Shown here: positions 9,353-19,471 of the stretch, one piece after another
Layout of the letters: each line of letters opens with the position of its first letter
Numbering within the stretch: position 1 is the first letter of the stretch
Virus record (IMG/VR): IMGVR_UViG_3300050343_000240
Span: 1 to 58,238 of that record
Strand: one strand, 5' to 3'
DNA: 58,238 nt
Source: a virus
Lineage: Duplodnaviria; Caudoviricetes
Program-made: the position numbers and the translations under genes
Notes under the pieces: generated by a model
Told to the model about the DNA's origin: nothing
The model's input: only the letters and a program-made list of their open reading frames with translations
Database searches by the model: none

Positions 9353-11094
9353 TATCCATCACAGCTTAAACAATCTGGATCCATTGCTTTTGCAGCAATA
9401 TCACCTCTTAACACTGATTCAGTTCTCATATAGTATAAAGTTTTTATACCTCGCTTCCATGCTTCTAAATGAACTTTATTAATCCATTTAGGATCGGCTA
9501 CTGATGGAAAAGCTAAATTTAAACTTACTGATTGATCTATATAATCTTGACGTAAGCCAGCCTGATTAACCAACTCTAATTGGTTTATTTCTTTAAATGT
9601 TTTAAATACATTTTTAACAGGCTCTCCTTCCTCTTGATTTAATTTTCCAGCGTGGTCATAAAACCATCCATCGAATTCTTTAATTCCTTGAATGGATCCA
9701 CCATCTTCCAGAATCTTATCCCAAGTTTCCTTAACATCAATTCCAATTTTTCTTAATACTTTTTTAAGTTCTTTATTCTTTCTAATAAATGTACCTTTAG
9801 CAGACTGCTCTGTAAAAACATTAGCTGCCCATGGTTCAATACCTGGCGATACATTACCACTTAACTTACTATTAGATACAGTAGGTGCTACAGATCTAAG
9901 ATGTGTATTTCTCATTCCTGTACCAACACACCATAATGGTTCGCCATATACTTCAGCTAAGTTTCTTGAAGCTCTTTCTGTTTCAATTTTTATTTTACTA
10001 AATATTTCACGAGTTTTAAACTGAGCTAATAAACCTTCAAATGCAATACCATTCTGTTGCAACAAAGTATGCCACCCTAAAACACCTAAACCTAAAGCTC
10101 TACCTTTTTCTGCAGATCTTACAGCATTTTCAAACCCTTTCATATTTTTAGCTTTCTGTATAAACTCTTCAAGTACTCCATCTAAAAACCATATAGAATC
10201 ATATACTAAATTAGTATCTTTCCATTCATCATATTTAGCTAAGTTAACAGAAGATAAACAACACACAAAGCTATGTGATTCATCTGTATGCAATGTTATT
10301 TCACTGCATATATTTGTCATATGTACTTTGAGCCCATTTGATTTGTATGCTTTCGGGTTATTCTTGTTTGTATTTCCCTTAAAGAGTATATAAGGCTCTC
10401 CAGTTGCTTTACGTTTTTGAAGTAGTTTTCCCCACTTGCGTCTTGCTTCTTTATCTCCTTGCTCAAGTCTTCGCATAAACTTGTCACCGACCACAGCGCA
10501 CTGGTGTAAGTTAAGTGATTGTCTATTGACATCTCCTTTAGGTTCTCTGATCTCCAACCATTCTTCAAAGTCGGAGTGATCAACATTAATATTAACTGAT
10601 GCAGCTCCTCTCCTGACAGATCCTTGATTAGTGGCAAGTATTGTTGAATCGTAAATCTTGCAAAACGGCACCACTCCATCACTTGTTCCATTACCTGTAA
10701 TTTTAGCTCCGGCAGGACGTATCATATTAATTCCGATACCAACTCCCCCGCCGTGTTTAGCTAGTAACATCATTTCTAAATTCTTCTGTCCAATATCATT
10801 TATACTATCTGCAACATCAATACCAAAACAACTAATAGGTAAACCTCGATCTGTACCTGTATTAGACAACACAGGAGACGCTAAACATAGCCAACCTTTC
10901 CATATGTAATCAAAAAACTTTTCGGCTAATTCTGGCTTATATAAACGCTTCGCAACTGCATTAGCTACTCTCCAATAAGCATCCTTAGGAGTTTCACCTT
11001 GTAATAAGTAACCACCTATTATTGTTTTTTTGTAAACCTCTGTATCACCCCATGCTGGGTAATCTTCACCTTTTATCCATTCACTATTCCACAT
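9352..11094 (-). CDS. nrdA: Class I ribonucleotide reductase alpha subunit (short form)
   Basis: ISCF, TNICSEI, APTVSNS, KTLYY and C-terminal CLSCDG motifs. Confidence 0.95.
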   Translation of the reverse strand: MWNSEWIKGEDYPAWGDTEVYKKTIIGGYLLQGETPKDAYWRVANAVAKRLYKPELAEKFFDYIWKGWLCLASPVLSNTGTDRGLPISCFGIDVADSINDIGQKNLEMMLLAKHGGGVGIGINMIRPAGAKITGNGTSDGVVPFCKIYDSTILATNQGSVRRGAASVNINVDHSDFEEWLEIREPKGDVNRQSLNLHQCAVVGDKFMRRLEQGDKEARRKWGKLLQKRKATGEPYILFKGNTNKNNPKAYKSNGLKVHMTNICSEITLHTDESHSFVCCLSSVNLAKYDEWKDTNLVYDSIWFLDGVLEEFIQKAKNMKGFENAVRSAEKGRALGLGVLGWHTLLQQNGIAFEGLLAQFKTREIFSKIKIETERASRNLAEVYGEPLWCVGTGMRNTHLRSVAPTVSNSKLSGNVSPGIEPWAANVFTEQSAKGTFIRKNKELKKVLRKIGIDVKETWDKILEDGGSIQGIKEFDGWFYDHAGKLNQEEGEPVKNVFKTFKEINQLELVNQAGLRQDYIDQSVSLNLAFPSVADPKWINKVHLEAWKRGIKTLYYMRTESVLRGDIAAKAMDPDCLSCDG

Positions 11095-11293
11095 TCGATT
11101 TCTCTTTTTGTTTATTCAAAAAATCTGTTTTCATACTCTCCAGTGCCTCCTCGTATCCAGGTATTCTCTTCAAGGTCTCTAGCGTCCCAATCGATAGGTC
11201 TTTTAAGTTGTTCATCTCGTGAATCATTTTTTGTGTTACTTGACCCAGTGTTTCTATTTTGTTTCGCATTTCTACGAGTTTGTTTTCTTTCAT
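11084..11293 (-). CDS. Hypothetical protein between nrdB and nrdA
   Basis: 69-aa ORF filling the gap and overlapping the nrdA start. Confidence 0.7.
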   Translation of the reverse strand: MKENKLVEMRNKIETLGQVTQKMIHEMNNLKDLSIGTLETLKRIPGYEEALESMKTDFLNKQKEKSNVE

Positions 11294-11308
11294 TTAATTT
11301 ATTTTTCA

Positions 11309-12277
11309 TTACCAAATATCTTCAAAATCTTCTCCCTCATTTGCTTTGGAATAATCAGTCGGGCGAACAGCAAAAAAGTCAGTATGAGTATGCCCCCCGG
11401 TAAGATGATAGAACCAGTCAAGATTTGCTGCTCCTTTTTCGTTAAACGCAAAGTACTGCCCGAGGTCGAAGTAGCCAAGCTCTTGTAGTTTTTCATTAAG
11501 TCTTTTTCTGATAAATTGTTTAAGGTCGTAAGATTTAAGGTTTTCAATGTCTCCTTGCTCGAACATCTTGTCGATATACTTTTCTTCTGCGACAAGCATT
11601 GTTTCTGCTGCTTTAATAACATCTTCTCTGCATTCTTCTAATAGGTTGGGGGTTTCTTCACACATATGTCTGAATAGTTGACAACCCATTTTAGAATGTA
11701 AAGATTCATCGCGTACACTCCACTTCATTTGTTGTCCTATTCCTTTCAATAAATTACGCAATTGAAAAGAATATAAAACTGCAAATGCAGAATATAAACT
11801 AACTCCTTCAGCAAAAGCACTAAAGATTGCTAAAGACTTGCCAATACCAACAGGATCACTACCAGTATAGCTAACAAGATTCTCAAAACGTTCCGCTGTG
11901 GCGGGTTCATGTAAAAATGCTTCAAAATTTTCTAAGCCTAATGTTTCATTTAAATAAGAGTAAGCTACTGCATGAATAGTTTCTTGTGAACCAAACATCA
12001 TAGCCATTTGTTGTATCTCGTGTTTTGGAAACCATGATACAACTTTCTGTGTCCAGTAATCAGATACAGCACATTCTGTTTGAGCAAAGCCTAATAGTAT
12101 ATTTCCTACTAAGTTTTTTTCTGATTCTGTTAATTTTTCATTCCAGTCTTTCACATCACCTGACATAGGTATTTCTGTATGTAACCAAAATGCTTGTGCT
12201 TGTTTCAACCATCCTTCAGTATAGTACTGAGGATATTCAAACGGTTTGTAAGCTACTCTTTCATCAAATAATCCCAT
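11309..12277 (-). CDS. nrdB: Ribonucleotide reductase beta subunit
   Basis: QETIHAVAY, EGVSLYSAF and RDESLH di-metal motifs. Confidence 0.95.
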   Translation of the reverse strand: MGLFDERVAYKPFEYPQYYTEGWLKQAQAFWLHTEIPMSGDVKDWNEKLTESEKNLVGNILLGFAQTECAVSDYWTQKVVSWFPKHEIQQMAMMFGSQETIHAVAYSYLNETLGLENFEAFLHEPATAERFENLVSYTGSDPVGIGKSLAIFSAFAEGVSLYSAFAVLYSFQLRNLLKGIGQQMKWSVRDESLHSKMGCQLFRHMCEETPNLLEECREDVIKAAETMLVAEEKYIDKMFEQGDIENLKSYDLKQFIRKRLNEKLQELGYFDLGQYFAFNEKGAANLDWFYHLTGGHTHTDFFAVRPTDYSKANEGEDFEDIW

Positions 12278-12278
12278 A

Positions 12279-12425
12279 TTAATTTCTATCTATTTCTAAG
12301 CATATATCTACCATAGGCAAATATAATACGTGTTGTACAAAATCTTTCTCATAATAACTTCTTATTCCAAACAATATGCCTGGATAAAGTCCTAAACTAA
12401 GTTCCCAATTTGGTATATTAATCAT
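12279..12425 (-). CDS. Small hypothetical protein (48 aa, MINIPNWELSLGLYPGILFG...)
   Basis: Translated by hand; fills the gap just upstream of nrdB. Confidence 0.6.
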   Translation of the reverse strand: MINIPNWELSLGLYPGILFGIRSYYEKDFVQHVLYLPMVDICLEIDRN

Positions 12426-12591
12426 AACATTTTATATTGTATTTATCATGTATCTCTACTAATTCTTTGTATTTTATAAAGCCTCTATTATTAATAGACC
12501 ACTTAATCCATTTTTCAATCTGTCTTTCTGCATACTTTAACCTCGCTACCTTTTTTGCTTGCTGAGGATTATTTCTATAGTTCTGTCGCAT
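12418..12591 (-). CDS. Small hypothetical protein (57 aa, MRQNYRNNPQQAKKVARLKY...)
   Basis: Translated by hand; overlaps both neighbours. Confidence 0.5.
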   Translation of the reverse strand: MRQNYRNNPQQAKKVARLKYAERQIEKWIKWSINNRGFIKYKELVEIHDKYNIKCYD

Positions 12592-12998
12592 TCTTTTTGA
12601 TTTTGTGGTTTAAATAAAACATAGCCAGGAAATTGTTCTGTCATAAGTCTTTTAAATAACTTCCATCTTATTGGAAACGATTCGTTTGGTCTACCTTTTG
12701 TTTCTATTATAAAATCTTCACCAATAAAATCAGGTGTATACTTTATAGGTAATATTCTTTTACTGCCTCTATTTTTATATTCACCTTTAGAATTAGCTTG
12801 TCTTTCATAGCTTTCGTTTTCAAAATGAAAACCATTTATTAAAACAAATGTTTCTCCCTCGTATTTTGCTTTTATCTTAGCTTTTTTTAAACCCATATAC
12901 ATATATCGTTCTAAGCCAGATGCAAAATTATGTCCATCATAACTAATCTTCTTAGCTCTTACAGGACCCTTCTTCTTACTTCTCTTCTTCCGTAGCAT
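12546..12998 (-). CDS. T7 endonuclease I-like Holliday junction resolvase
   Basis: FASGLE...KYE...YTPDF...IIETKG PD-(D/E)xK pattern; start probably MLRKK at 12998. Confidence 0.8.
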   Translation of the reverse strand: MLRKKRSKKKGPVRAKKISYDGHNFASGLERYMYMGLKKAKIKAKYEGETFVLINGFHFENESYERQANSKGEYKNRGSKRILPIKYTPDFIGEDFIIETKGRPNESFPIRWKLFKRLMTEQFPGYVLFKPQNQKECDRTIEIILSKQKR

Positions 12999-13212
12999 CT
13001 TTAATATAACATTCTTCGATTTCTTCACGTAATACCATACGTGTTTTCTCTATATAGTTAACAGCATCCATTAATTCTTCTTGTAAATGATTTAGCCAGC
13101 CATCAAGTGTAGTATTATTATCATCGTGCATTGTAACACCATACTTTTTAAAGCCTACATCAGATCTTGAGGTTATTTTATTTACAACCTGTTGTATTAT
13201 TCTATCTCTCAT
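12976..13212 (-). CDS. Small all-alpha nucleotide pyrophosphatase-like phage protein
   Basis: RSDVGFKKYG...HLQEELMDAVNY motif. Confidence 0.5.
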   Translation of the reverse strand: MRDRIIQQVVNKITSRSDVGFKKYGVTMHDDNNTTLDGWLNHLQEELMDAVNYIEKTRMVLREEIEECYIKDATEEEK

Positions 13213-13985
13213 AACTGATCTTTTACAAATGTTCCATTCTTCATTTTACCAGTTCGAGAAGATATTTCATCATAAGCAGACCGAATGCAACTTTCAATGT
13301 CAACACCTGCAAGATGGGCGAGATTAGTAAGAACAACAACACAATCACCAATAGCATCAACAATATCTGGTTTGCTATCTTTAAGTATTCCTTGGGATAA
13401 TTCTCCTGATTCTTCATATAATTTAATTAATTGAGTTTTAACATCTCCTTTATCATAGATACCACGCTCGTCTGCCCAGTCTCTAATGAGTCCAAATATG
13501 TTTTCTTCTTTGTATGTTGGTTCGACCATAAAAGCTTCATAAAAAGCTTTATTATAAATGAAAGAACGATCTTCATTGTACATTGATTTTTTTGAGTTAG
13601 TGCTTATCCACTTTAAAGTTTCTTCTGTTAATTCAAAATTACCTAAAGATGTTTCCCATTCCATTCCAATAAACTCTATTAAGCTTTCTTTTAAAGAACT
13701 TTTAGGATACGGAAATGTTGTTGTTTGTTCTGTTACGTTTACTTTCATATCTGATTTAAATAAATTTTTATATAATGATCGATCAACTCTATACCCGTAA
13801 GACTTTTGAAGTTCTATTTCTTTCTTAGATATATAATCAATATCATCGGAAAAATCAAGAACTTCATATTCATTAGGCTTATAGCCCTGCACCAGCGTAA
13901 CTCTGTTATTTAAATCACGTGTAACGCCTATTTTTTTACCAGGTATATGGTAAATATAATACTTATTATCTGTAATGCTTTCCAT
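13209..13985 (-). CDS. Fusion of a GIY-YIG-like N-domain and a MazG-like NTP pyrophosphohydrolase
   Basis: N-terminal YYIYHIPGKKIGVTRDLNNRV; C-terminal KLYEESGEL...DAIGDCVVVL. Confidence 0.7.
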   Translation of the reverse strand: MESITDNKYYIYHIPGKKIGVTRDLNNRVTLVQGYKPNEYEVLDFSDDIDYISKKEIELQKSYGYRVDRSLYKNLFKSDMKVNVTEQTTTFPYPKSSLKESLIEFIGMEWETSLGNFELTEETLKWISTNSKKSMYNEDRSFIYNKAFYEAFMVEPTYKEENIFGLIRDWADERGIYDKGDVKTQLIKLYEESGELSQGILKDSKPDIVDAIGDCVVVLTNLAHLAGVDIESCIRSAYDEISSRTGKMKNGTFVKDQL

Positions 13986-14071
13986 TGTTTAATTTTATTT
14001 TTTCAATTATTTTTTTACTTCTTTCACTTAAATACTTATACATATAGTTTGACTTTGAAAACCATAGTTCA

Positions 14072-14896
14072 TCAGACTGCAAGTTCTGCTTTGATTCTTG
14101 GGTGTGACTCATAATTATTTAATTTAAACATATTAATTGATGGTATAAAAATAAAATCATTTGCGCCTTCCTGTAAATTTAATCCAAAAGATAAATCTAA
14201 AGTTGGTAAAGGTTTAAAATCTCTGCTTAGCTGTTCTTTAGCTTGATCAATATGGTTTTTATATAAATGACAATCACCTAGTTGACCTATTAACTGACCA
14301 GCTTTATAACCACTACCTTTAGCTAACATTTCTAAAAGCAATCCATACATTGCTATATCGTATGGTAAGCCTAAGAATACATCAACAGATCTTTGTTGCC
14401 ACATAAGATCCATTACACCATTATTTATATAGACCTGAAAACCATAGTGACAAGGAGGCAATGCCATATCATCGAAATCAGCAGGATTCCAAGCATTAAC
14501 CATAAGTCTTCTCGAAGACGGATTTTTTTTGATGTCATGTAATAAATTGCTAAGCTGATCCACGCCATTGAAATTTCTCCACTGATAACCGTAAACCTTA
14601 CCAAGAGTTCCATCTGTCCTTCCTGAGGCTTCATAGTTGGGAGTCCAATAATTAACCCCATTATTAATAAGGTATTGCAAATCAGTGCGACCCTGCAGTA
14701 TCCACAAAATTTCAGTAAGAGCTGCTTTAAAGCTAACTTTTTTTGTCGTGATAAGTGGGAACCCCGCAGCCATGTCATGCCGTATTGTACGACCAAAAAC
14801 AGCTCTTGTCCCCACACCTGTACGATCTTCTTTATCTTTGCCAGCATAAAAAACACCCGATAATAAACCTCTGTACTCTTCATCTATATTTATCAT
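14072..14896 (-). CDS. thyA: Thymidylate synthase
   Basis: DRTGVGT, SRRL, ALPPCH, QRSVDVFLGLPYD and GDCHLY motifs. Confidence 0.95.
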   Translation of the reverse strand: MINIDEEYRGLLSGVFYAGKDKEDRTGVGTRAVFGRTIRHDMAAGFPLITTKKVSFKAALTEILWILQGRTDLQYLINNGVNYWTPNYEASGRTDGTLGKVYGYQWRNFNGVDQLSNLLHDIKKNPSSRRLMVNAWNPADFDDMALPPCHYGFQVYINNGVMDLMWQQRSVDVFLGLPYDIAMYGLLLEMLAKGSGYKAGQLIGQLGDCHLYKNHIDQAKEQLSRDFKPLPTLDLSFGLNLQEGANDFIFIPSINMFKLNNYESHPRIKAELAV

Positions 14897-15143
14897 AATA
14901 ATATTTCATTATTTTAAAAGTTTCTTCCCATATAATATCAGCAATATATATATTGGGAGTTAAATTAATTTTTTTATAATTAGGCATAAAAGAAATACCT
15001 ATTTTCCATTCCTTTGGGTTTGGCCCTTGTTGTGCAGCTATTGGCGATATTATAATACCATTAGTAGCACAAAAGTTATGCCATTTATATTCATCTTTAG
15101 AAGGTGAATAATGAGGCATCCATACAGTTTCTTTTTTAGCCAT
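14880..15143 (-). CDS. Hypothetical protein
   Basis: 87-aa ORF coupled to both neighbours. Confidence 0.7.
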   Translation of the reverse strand: MAKKETVWMPHYSPSKDEYKWHNFCATNGIIISPIAAQQGPNPKEWKIGISFMPNYKKINLTPNIYIADIIWEETFKIMKYYYDKYR

Positions 15144-16859
15144 TTAATCCCAAGGCATCTTCTCAGTTTCTAATTGAAGAGGTTCGTGTGGTATAAAGCA
15201 TCCTGATCGAGGTTCCCATTTGAAATGTGCCTCCGCTCCGTTTTCACCGAGGTTTTGAAACTTAACTTTAAGAACTTTAGCTTTAACAGTTTTATTATCG
15301 TAGTCTCTATGTACTAGCAGACCATGATAAGAAGCATCATACCACTCACCTCCTCCTTTAATATTATACATTGTTGGTTCCTCTATCTTTCCATTTGCAT
15401 CTTTATACATTTTAGTTGGATGAGCAACTACTATAACTAAAACATCATACTTTTTTGCAAAGCTTTCAATCTTAGTTAAGTATTCCATTGTATACTTATT
15501 CACATCTTCTGTTTTTGAATCTATGTCACGTACTTTGTTAAAAGGATCAATGATTAAACATTTTATTCCTTTACGCTTAACAAGTTCAGCTCCTTTCCTT
15601 AAAACAGATTCTAATGTATATCTGTCCATATCAATGAAGAAAAAATTATCATTAACATGATCAGCAACTTGATTCCATTTATCAGAACCAATTTGATCTT
15701 TGCGCGGCATATCTTGCCACACTTTTCTCATTAATTTATGAGCGTGTAAATAAGTAGGTGCATTTTCTGGCGAAGCAAATGCCGTTTTCCAGCCATAGTT
15801 AGCGTTATATCCGACAACCATTTGGTCGACGAAATCACTTTTTCCGGAAGAAGGAATACCAGTGACAGTAATAAATTGACCCGTGTATGTTGAAAAGATG
15901 TCATCAAAATTTTTAATCCCAATTTGAAATCCTTTTTTAAAGCCATTCTCAACAAAGTCGGTAATTTCTCCTTCAATATCCCTGAACGTAGTAACATTCT
16001 CAAGCGGTACTGGTTTTGCTCCACTAACACACTCTGCCAGTTTTTCTTTTCCATATTTTAATAGGTATTCATTTGCGTCTTTGCAATCGTTAAAATTAAC
16101 AATATAACATATTTCAGCACCTAATCTCCTAACTAGCTCAGCTTGTAATGCTTGCCCAGCTTCATCTGAATCTACACCTATTATAATTTTTTCTTTATCA
16201 GAAAAATAATCGATGCAATTATCTAAATAGTCTAAGTTGTTACTATTTAAAGTTGCACCGTTTGGTACAGATATTACATTATGAATACCAGCTTCATAAA
16301 TAGCCAAAGCGTCCATCTCACCCTCCACAATAACACAATATTCATAACCAATAATATTATTAATATTGTAGAATATTTTTTCGGCACCTTTATATAACTT
16401 AAAATTCTTTCTACCATCTCTGTATTTTACATTGATAAGTTCATTACCTAAAAAATAATTAAAGTGTATAGCATTTTCTACCTTTCCAGTCTGCGGCATA
16501 AACTCAGGGCCCTCAGTTATTTTGAGAGCCCCTAAAGTTTCCTTGGATATACCACGTGATTCAAACCATTCTTCTACTTTGGTTCCAACATTATTTATTA
16601 TTTCAGGTGTTTCAGGTTTAATATAAACTTTATCTGAAGAACCTTTGCGTTGGTACGAATGTAATTGAAATGTTTTATCACAGTTGTGACAAGTACCGAG
16701 ACCCCGTTCCCAATCATAAGAAGCACACTTCTGTTTCTTATTTTCAGGTTTTCTAGTGTGAGAACACACAGGGCATATACCTTGTGATTTCCCAACTGCT
16801 AGATCGTATTGATTGAATGTATCAATCAAAAATCCATTGATCTCTGTGTTATTTACCAT
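15144..16859 (-). CDS. T7 gp4/Twinkle-like primase-helicase
   Basis: Zn finger CPVC...CHNC; TOPRIM VEGEMDA, DSDEAG and KDANE; Walker A GIPSSGKS; IIDP; VAHP. Confidence 0.93.
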   Translation of the reverse strand: MVNNTEINGFLIDTFNQYDLAVGKSQGICPVCSHTRKPENKKQKCASYDWERGLGTCHNCDKTFQLHSYQRKGSSDKVYIKPETPEIINNVGTKVEEWFESRGISKETLGALKITEGPEFMPQTGKVENAIHFNYFLGNELINVKYRDGRKNFKLYKGAEKIFYNINNIIGYEYCVIVEGEMDALAIYEAGIHNVISVPNGATLNSNNLDYLDNCIDYFSDKEKIIIGVDSDEAGQALQAELVRRLGAEICYIVNFNDCKDANEYLLKYGKEKLAECVSGAKPVPLENVTTFRDIEGEITDFVENGFKKGFQIGIKNFDDIFSTYTGQFITVTGIPSSGKSDFVDQMVVGYNANYGWKTAFASPENAPTYLHAHKLMRKVWQDMPRKDQIGSDKWNQVADHVNDNFFFIDMDRYTLESVLRKGAELVKRKGIKCLIIDPFNKVRDIDSKTEDVNKYTMEYLTKIESFAKKYDVLVIVVAHPTKMYKDANGKIEEPTMYNIKGGGEWYDASYHGLLVHRDYDNKTVKAKVLKVKFQNLGENGAEAHFKWEPRSGCFIPHEPLQLETEKMPWD

Positions 16860-16927
16860 CTAATCTTCTATTAATGTTACATTACCATATTGGTCTTGCT
16901 CTGCATTAACGTAATCTTCTTCTTCCA

Positions 16928-17248
16928 TTAAAACGGTAAATCGTTTTCAGGAGCTGTTGATTGAGCTTGTACAGAAGCTGCTTGGGGTGTTTGACCATCA
17001 CGAGGTGGTGGTGATGGGAATTGTCCATTAGTCCAAACAACTTGAGCATTTCCTAAATAAACTTTTTCAGTCTTCATGTCTCTTTCATCTTTTGATTGAG
17101 AAACAATCACAGGACCTTGATTACCAAATTGATCAATCTCATCATTTACTGTAATAGTAATTGGTAAATACTTTCCTTTCTTACCTTCGATAATTTTATC
17201 TTTAGGTATTGCACTAAGGTTAATACTTGTTTTAATAATTCCAGCCAT
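16928..17248 (-). CDS. Single-stranded DNA-binding-like protein
   Basis: GKKGKYL...DQFGN...YLGN core with acidic DLPF tail. Confidence 0.65.
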   Translation of the reverse strand: MAGIIKTSINLSAIPKDKIIEGKKGKYLPITITVNDEIDQFGNQGPVIVSQSKDERDMKTEKVYLGNAQVVWTNGQFPSPPPRDGQTPQAASVQAQSTAPENDLPF

Positions 17249-17249
17249 T

Positions 17250-17417
17250 TTAATATGTAGCTAATTGGTTAAACATTCTGCGCAACTGATCTTTATTTGC
17301 ACCAGTTGTGCGTCGTAGGTTATCTACTGCTTTTACATGGTTGTGTCCATTGTAAAAATTCATTTCACTTGTTGTAATTCCTGTTACGTTACAAGTTCTT
17401 TTTCTTGTTCTTGCCAT
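17250..17417 (-). CDS. Small hypothetical protein (MARTRKRTCNVTG...)
   Basis: Likely start at 17417, in frame with the track ORF. Confidence 0.6.
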   Translation of the reverse strand: MARTRKRTCNVTGITTSEMNFYNGHNHVKAVDNLRRTTGANKDQLRRMFNQLATY

Positions 17418-17433
17418 AATAATAAAATTTAAA

Positions 17434-18168
17434 TTAAAGTGTTTGGTTAAAAAAATATTGTGAAGGATCAAAACCTTCAGTCTTGTAAAATAGTTCATAA
17501 GCTTCTGTTGCTTTTCTTACTTTATTTAAACCAGATTCGTAAAACTTATCTGAACAATCGTATATACCAATTTGATGAGTGTTCTTATCTATTGCTATAA
17601 ACAACATATCATATCCAAATATTTTTCTGTAAATATAAGCTTGACTATCGTAATTATAGCGATAAGCTGAAGATTTAAATTTTAAAACATCTCCAGTAGT
17701 CTTCAAATCAATAATTAATTTTTCATTATGATTAACTATATCTGCTTTACCTTTCCAGAAGTTACCTTCTATTTCTTCTATGCCAGGCACTTCATATTCT
17801 ATTTTGCCTGGACCTTCTATAAAATCCTTGACTATGTTATTAGTCATCATTTTATCTCGCATCAATTCAATCTGATCAACTTCGTGTTGTAATAAGCATA
17901 ACTCACCTTCAGAAATTTCTTTATATTTCTTTGTATTTCTAGTAGTAGCTTCAATAACTTTATACTTTTTGAGTTTATCTGGCTCAAGTATTGCAGTATG
18001 AAAATAACCACCGACTAAAAAAGCGGGGATTTGCTTAGACGGTTTTTTAAAGTCTAAGGGATTGTTAATCAATGCGGAAATGTCTGAGTTACTTAAATAT
18101 TTTCTGCCAAATTCACCATAGTATTTAGCATCATCTTTAAGTTCATTAACTATTTCTTGTGATTTCAT
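17434..18168 (-). CDS. PD-(D/E)xK exonuclease (RecE/exonuclease VIII-like)
   Basis: LSNSDI, GGYFHTAILEP, KGKADIV...IIDLKTT and YDSQAYIY motifs. Confidence 0.85.
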   Translation of the reverse strand: MKSQEIVNELKDDAKYYGEFGRKYLSNSDISALINNPLDFKKPSKQIPAFLVGGYFHTAILEPDKLKKYKVIEATTRNTKKYKEISEGELCLLQHEVDQIELMRDKMMTNNIVKDFIEGPGKIEYEVPGIEEIEGNFWKGKADIVNHNEKLIIDLKTTGDVLKFKSSAYRYNYDSQAYIYRKIFGYDMLFIAIDKNTHQIGIYDCSDKFYESGLNKVRKATEAYELFYKTEGFDPSQYFFNQTL

Positions 18169-18697
18169 ATGATTTTAATTCAGACATATCTGGTACAGAT
18201 ACATCGTATTTACTTGTAATAGTTGCAACATTACCACCTGACTTGATATATGTTATTGCTTTACTCCAGCTTTCAGAACCTTTTAATAGTTTTGTTTTAG
18301 ATTTTTTACCGTGAGTATTTGTAGCGTCAGCGTCAGCAGTGTCATCAATTAATAACAAGTTACCTAAAGCATACTTCTTACCATAGGATGAAGCAGAACC
18401 AAATTGTTGAGGTACTTGCATACCTTTTTGATTTAAGTCTACACCTACAATAGCAGTAGCTTGTATTTTAGAATCACCATCATGAATGCTAGCAACAGAT
18501 TCAATGATTGGTAATCCTGCAATTTCTTTTAAATTCTCTTCAATTGTAAAATACACTTCGTATTTTTTATTGATAGGTTTTAATGCTTCGAGAATGTCTT
18601 CGGCAGATCTGAAGTTGTACTTACCGAAAGAGTTGTAGCGAGATTTTTTTGCTTTAAACTCTTGTTGTATTAAACTTAATTTTTCTTGAATATTCAT
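18146..18697 (-). CDS. erf: ERF-family single-strand annealing protein
   Basis: KYNFRSAEDILEALKP and GSASSYGKKYALGNLLLIDD. Confidence 0.88.
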   Translation of the reverse strand: MNIQEKLSLIQQEFKAKKSRYNSFGKYNFRSAEDILEALKPINKKYEVYFTIEENLKEIAGLPIIESVASIHDGDSKIQATAIVGVDLNQKGMQVPQQFGSASSYGKKYALGNLLLIDDTADADATNTHGKKSKTKLLKGSESWSKAITYIKSGGNVATITSKYDVSVPDMSELKSYEITRNS

Positions 18698-18727
18698 ATT
18701 ATATATATTACATATTTTAGTGTTAAC

Positions 18728-19471
18728 CTACAGAAAATCAACTACTTGCGAAGGATCTGTAGTCTCAATTAATTTATTAATTGCATCGCGTTTTATTTGA
18801 GAAATTCTAACAAAAGCCGCTGTGCCTTTAATATTTAATTTTTCTGCTATTTGATTAGCTGACATTTTATCACAGTCTAATCCATAGCTCATTCTAAGTA
18901 CATCATATTCTTTTATACTTAGGTTCGCTTCCATTATACTTAAAAGATATTTATTTAAAATATCAATATTGTATTCTTTGGTTTTATCTGGTATTTCATA
19001 TACCATATTGTTTTCAGGTGATTCATTATCTATACTAGCGAAGATACTATTGAAAAACATTTGAACCATTTTTTCTTCTTGACCTGAATTTTTTCTTATT
19101 TCATTTAATTTATGTTCTGGTATTCTTATATTACCTCTATTAATATCTATAGCTCTTCGTATTGCGCCTTTAATACGTTTAGATATAAATGACTTTAAAG
19201 TACGTTCGGGATCAACAGAATCGGTTATCTTATCCCATTCAATGTTATCTACTGCATGTATCAATCCTATTGACCCTTCCTGTATAAAATCATTTATACT
19301 AAGCACACCTGAAGCTTGCTGTGTTGTTGAAAACTTCCGTGCTATAGTTTCTACTAAAGACATGTGCTTAATAATTAAGTCTTGTCTTTTATCACCTGTA
19401 TCTGGCTCTTCTCCATATGAATCTATGTCGTGTCTATACCTAACATAATTCTGTATATTATACTTCTTCAT
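18728..19471 (-). CDS. Phage sigma-70-family RNA polymerase sigma factor
   Basis: Region 2 LVETIARKF...DFIQEGSIGLIHAV...RIKGAIRRAI; region 4 LRMSYGL...IAEKL...RISQIKRDAINKL. Confidence 0.9.
   Translation of the reverse strand: MKKYNIQNYVRYRHDIDSYGEEPDTGDKRQDLIIKHMSLVETIARKFSTTQQASGVLSINDFIQEGSIGLIHAVDNIEWDKITDSVDPERTLKSFISKRIKGAIRRAIDINRGNIRIPEHKLNEIRKNSGQEEKMVQMFFNSIFASIDNESPENNMVYEIPDKTKEYNIDILNKYLLSIMEANLSIKEYDVLRMSYGLDCDKMSANQIAEKLNIKGTAAFVRISQIKRDAINKLIETTDPSQVVDFL

Noticed and set aside
9352-16859. Introns or inteins in nrdA, nrdB, thyA or helicase
   Set aside because: ORFs are continuous and of compact length, with no intein or homing-endonuclease insertions evident
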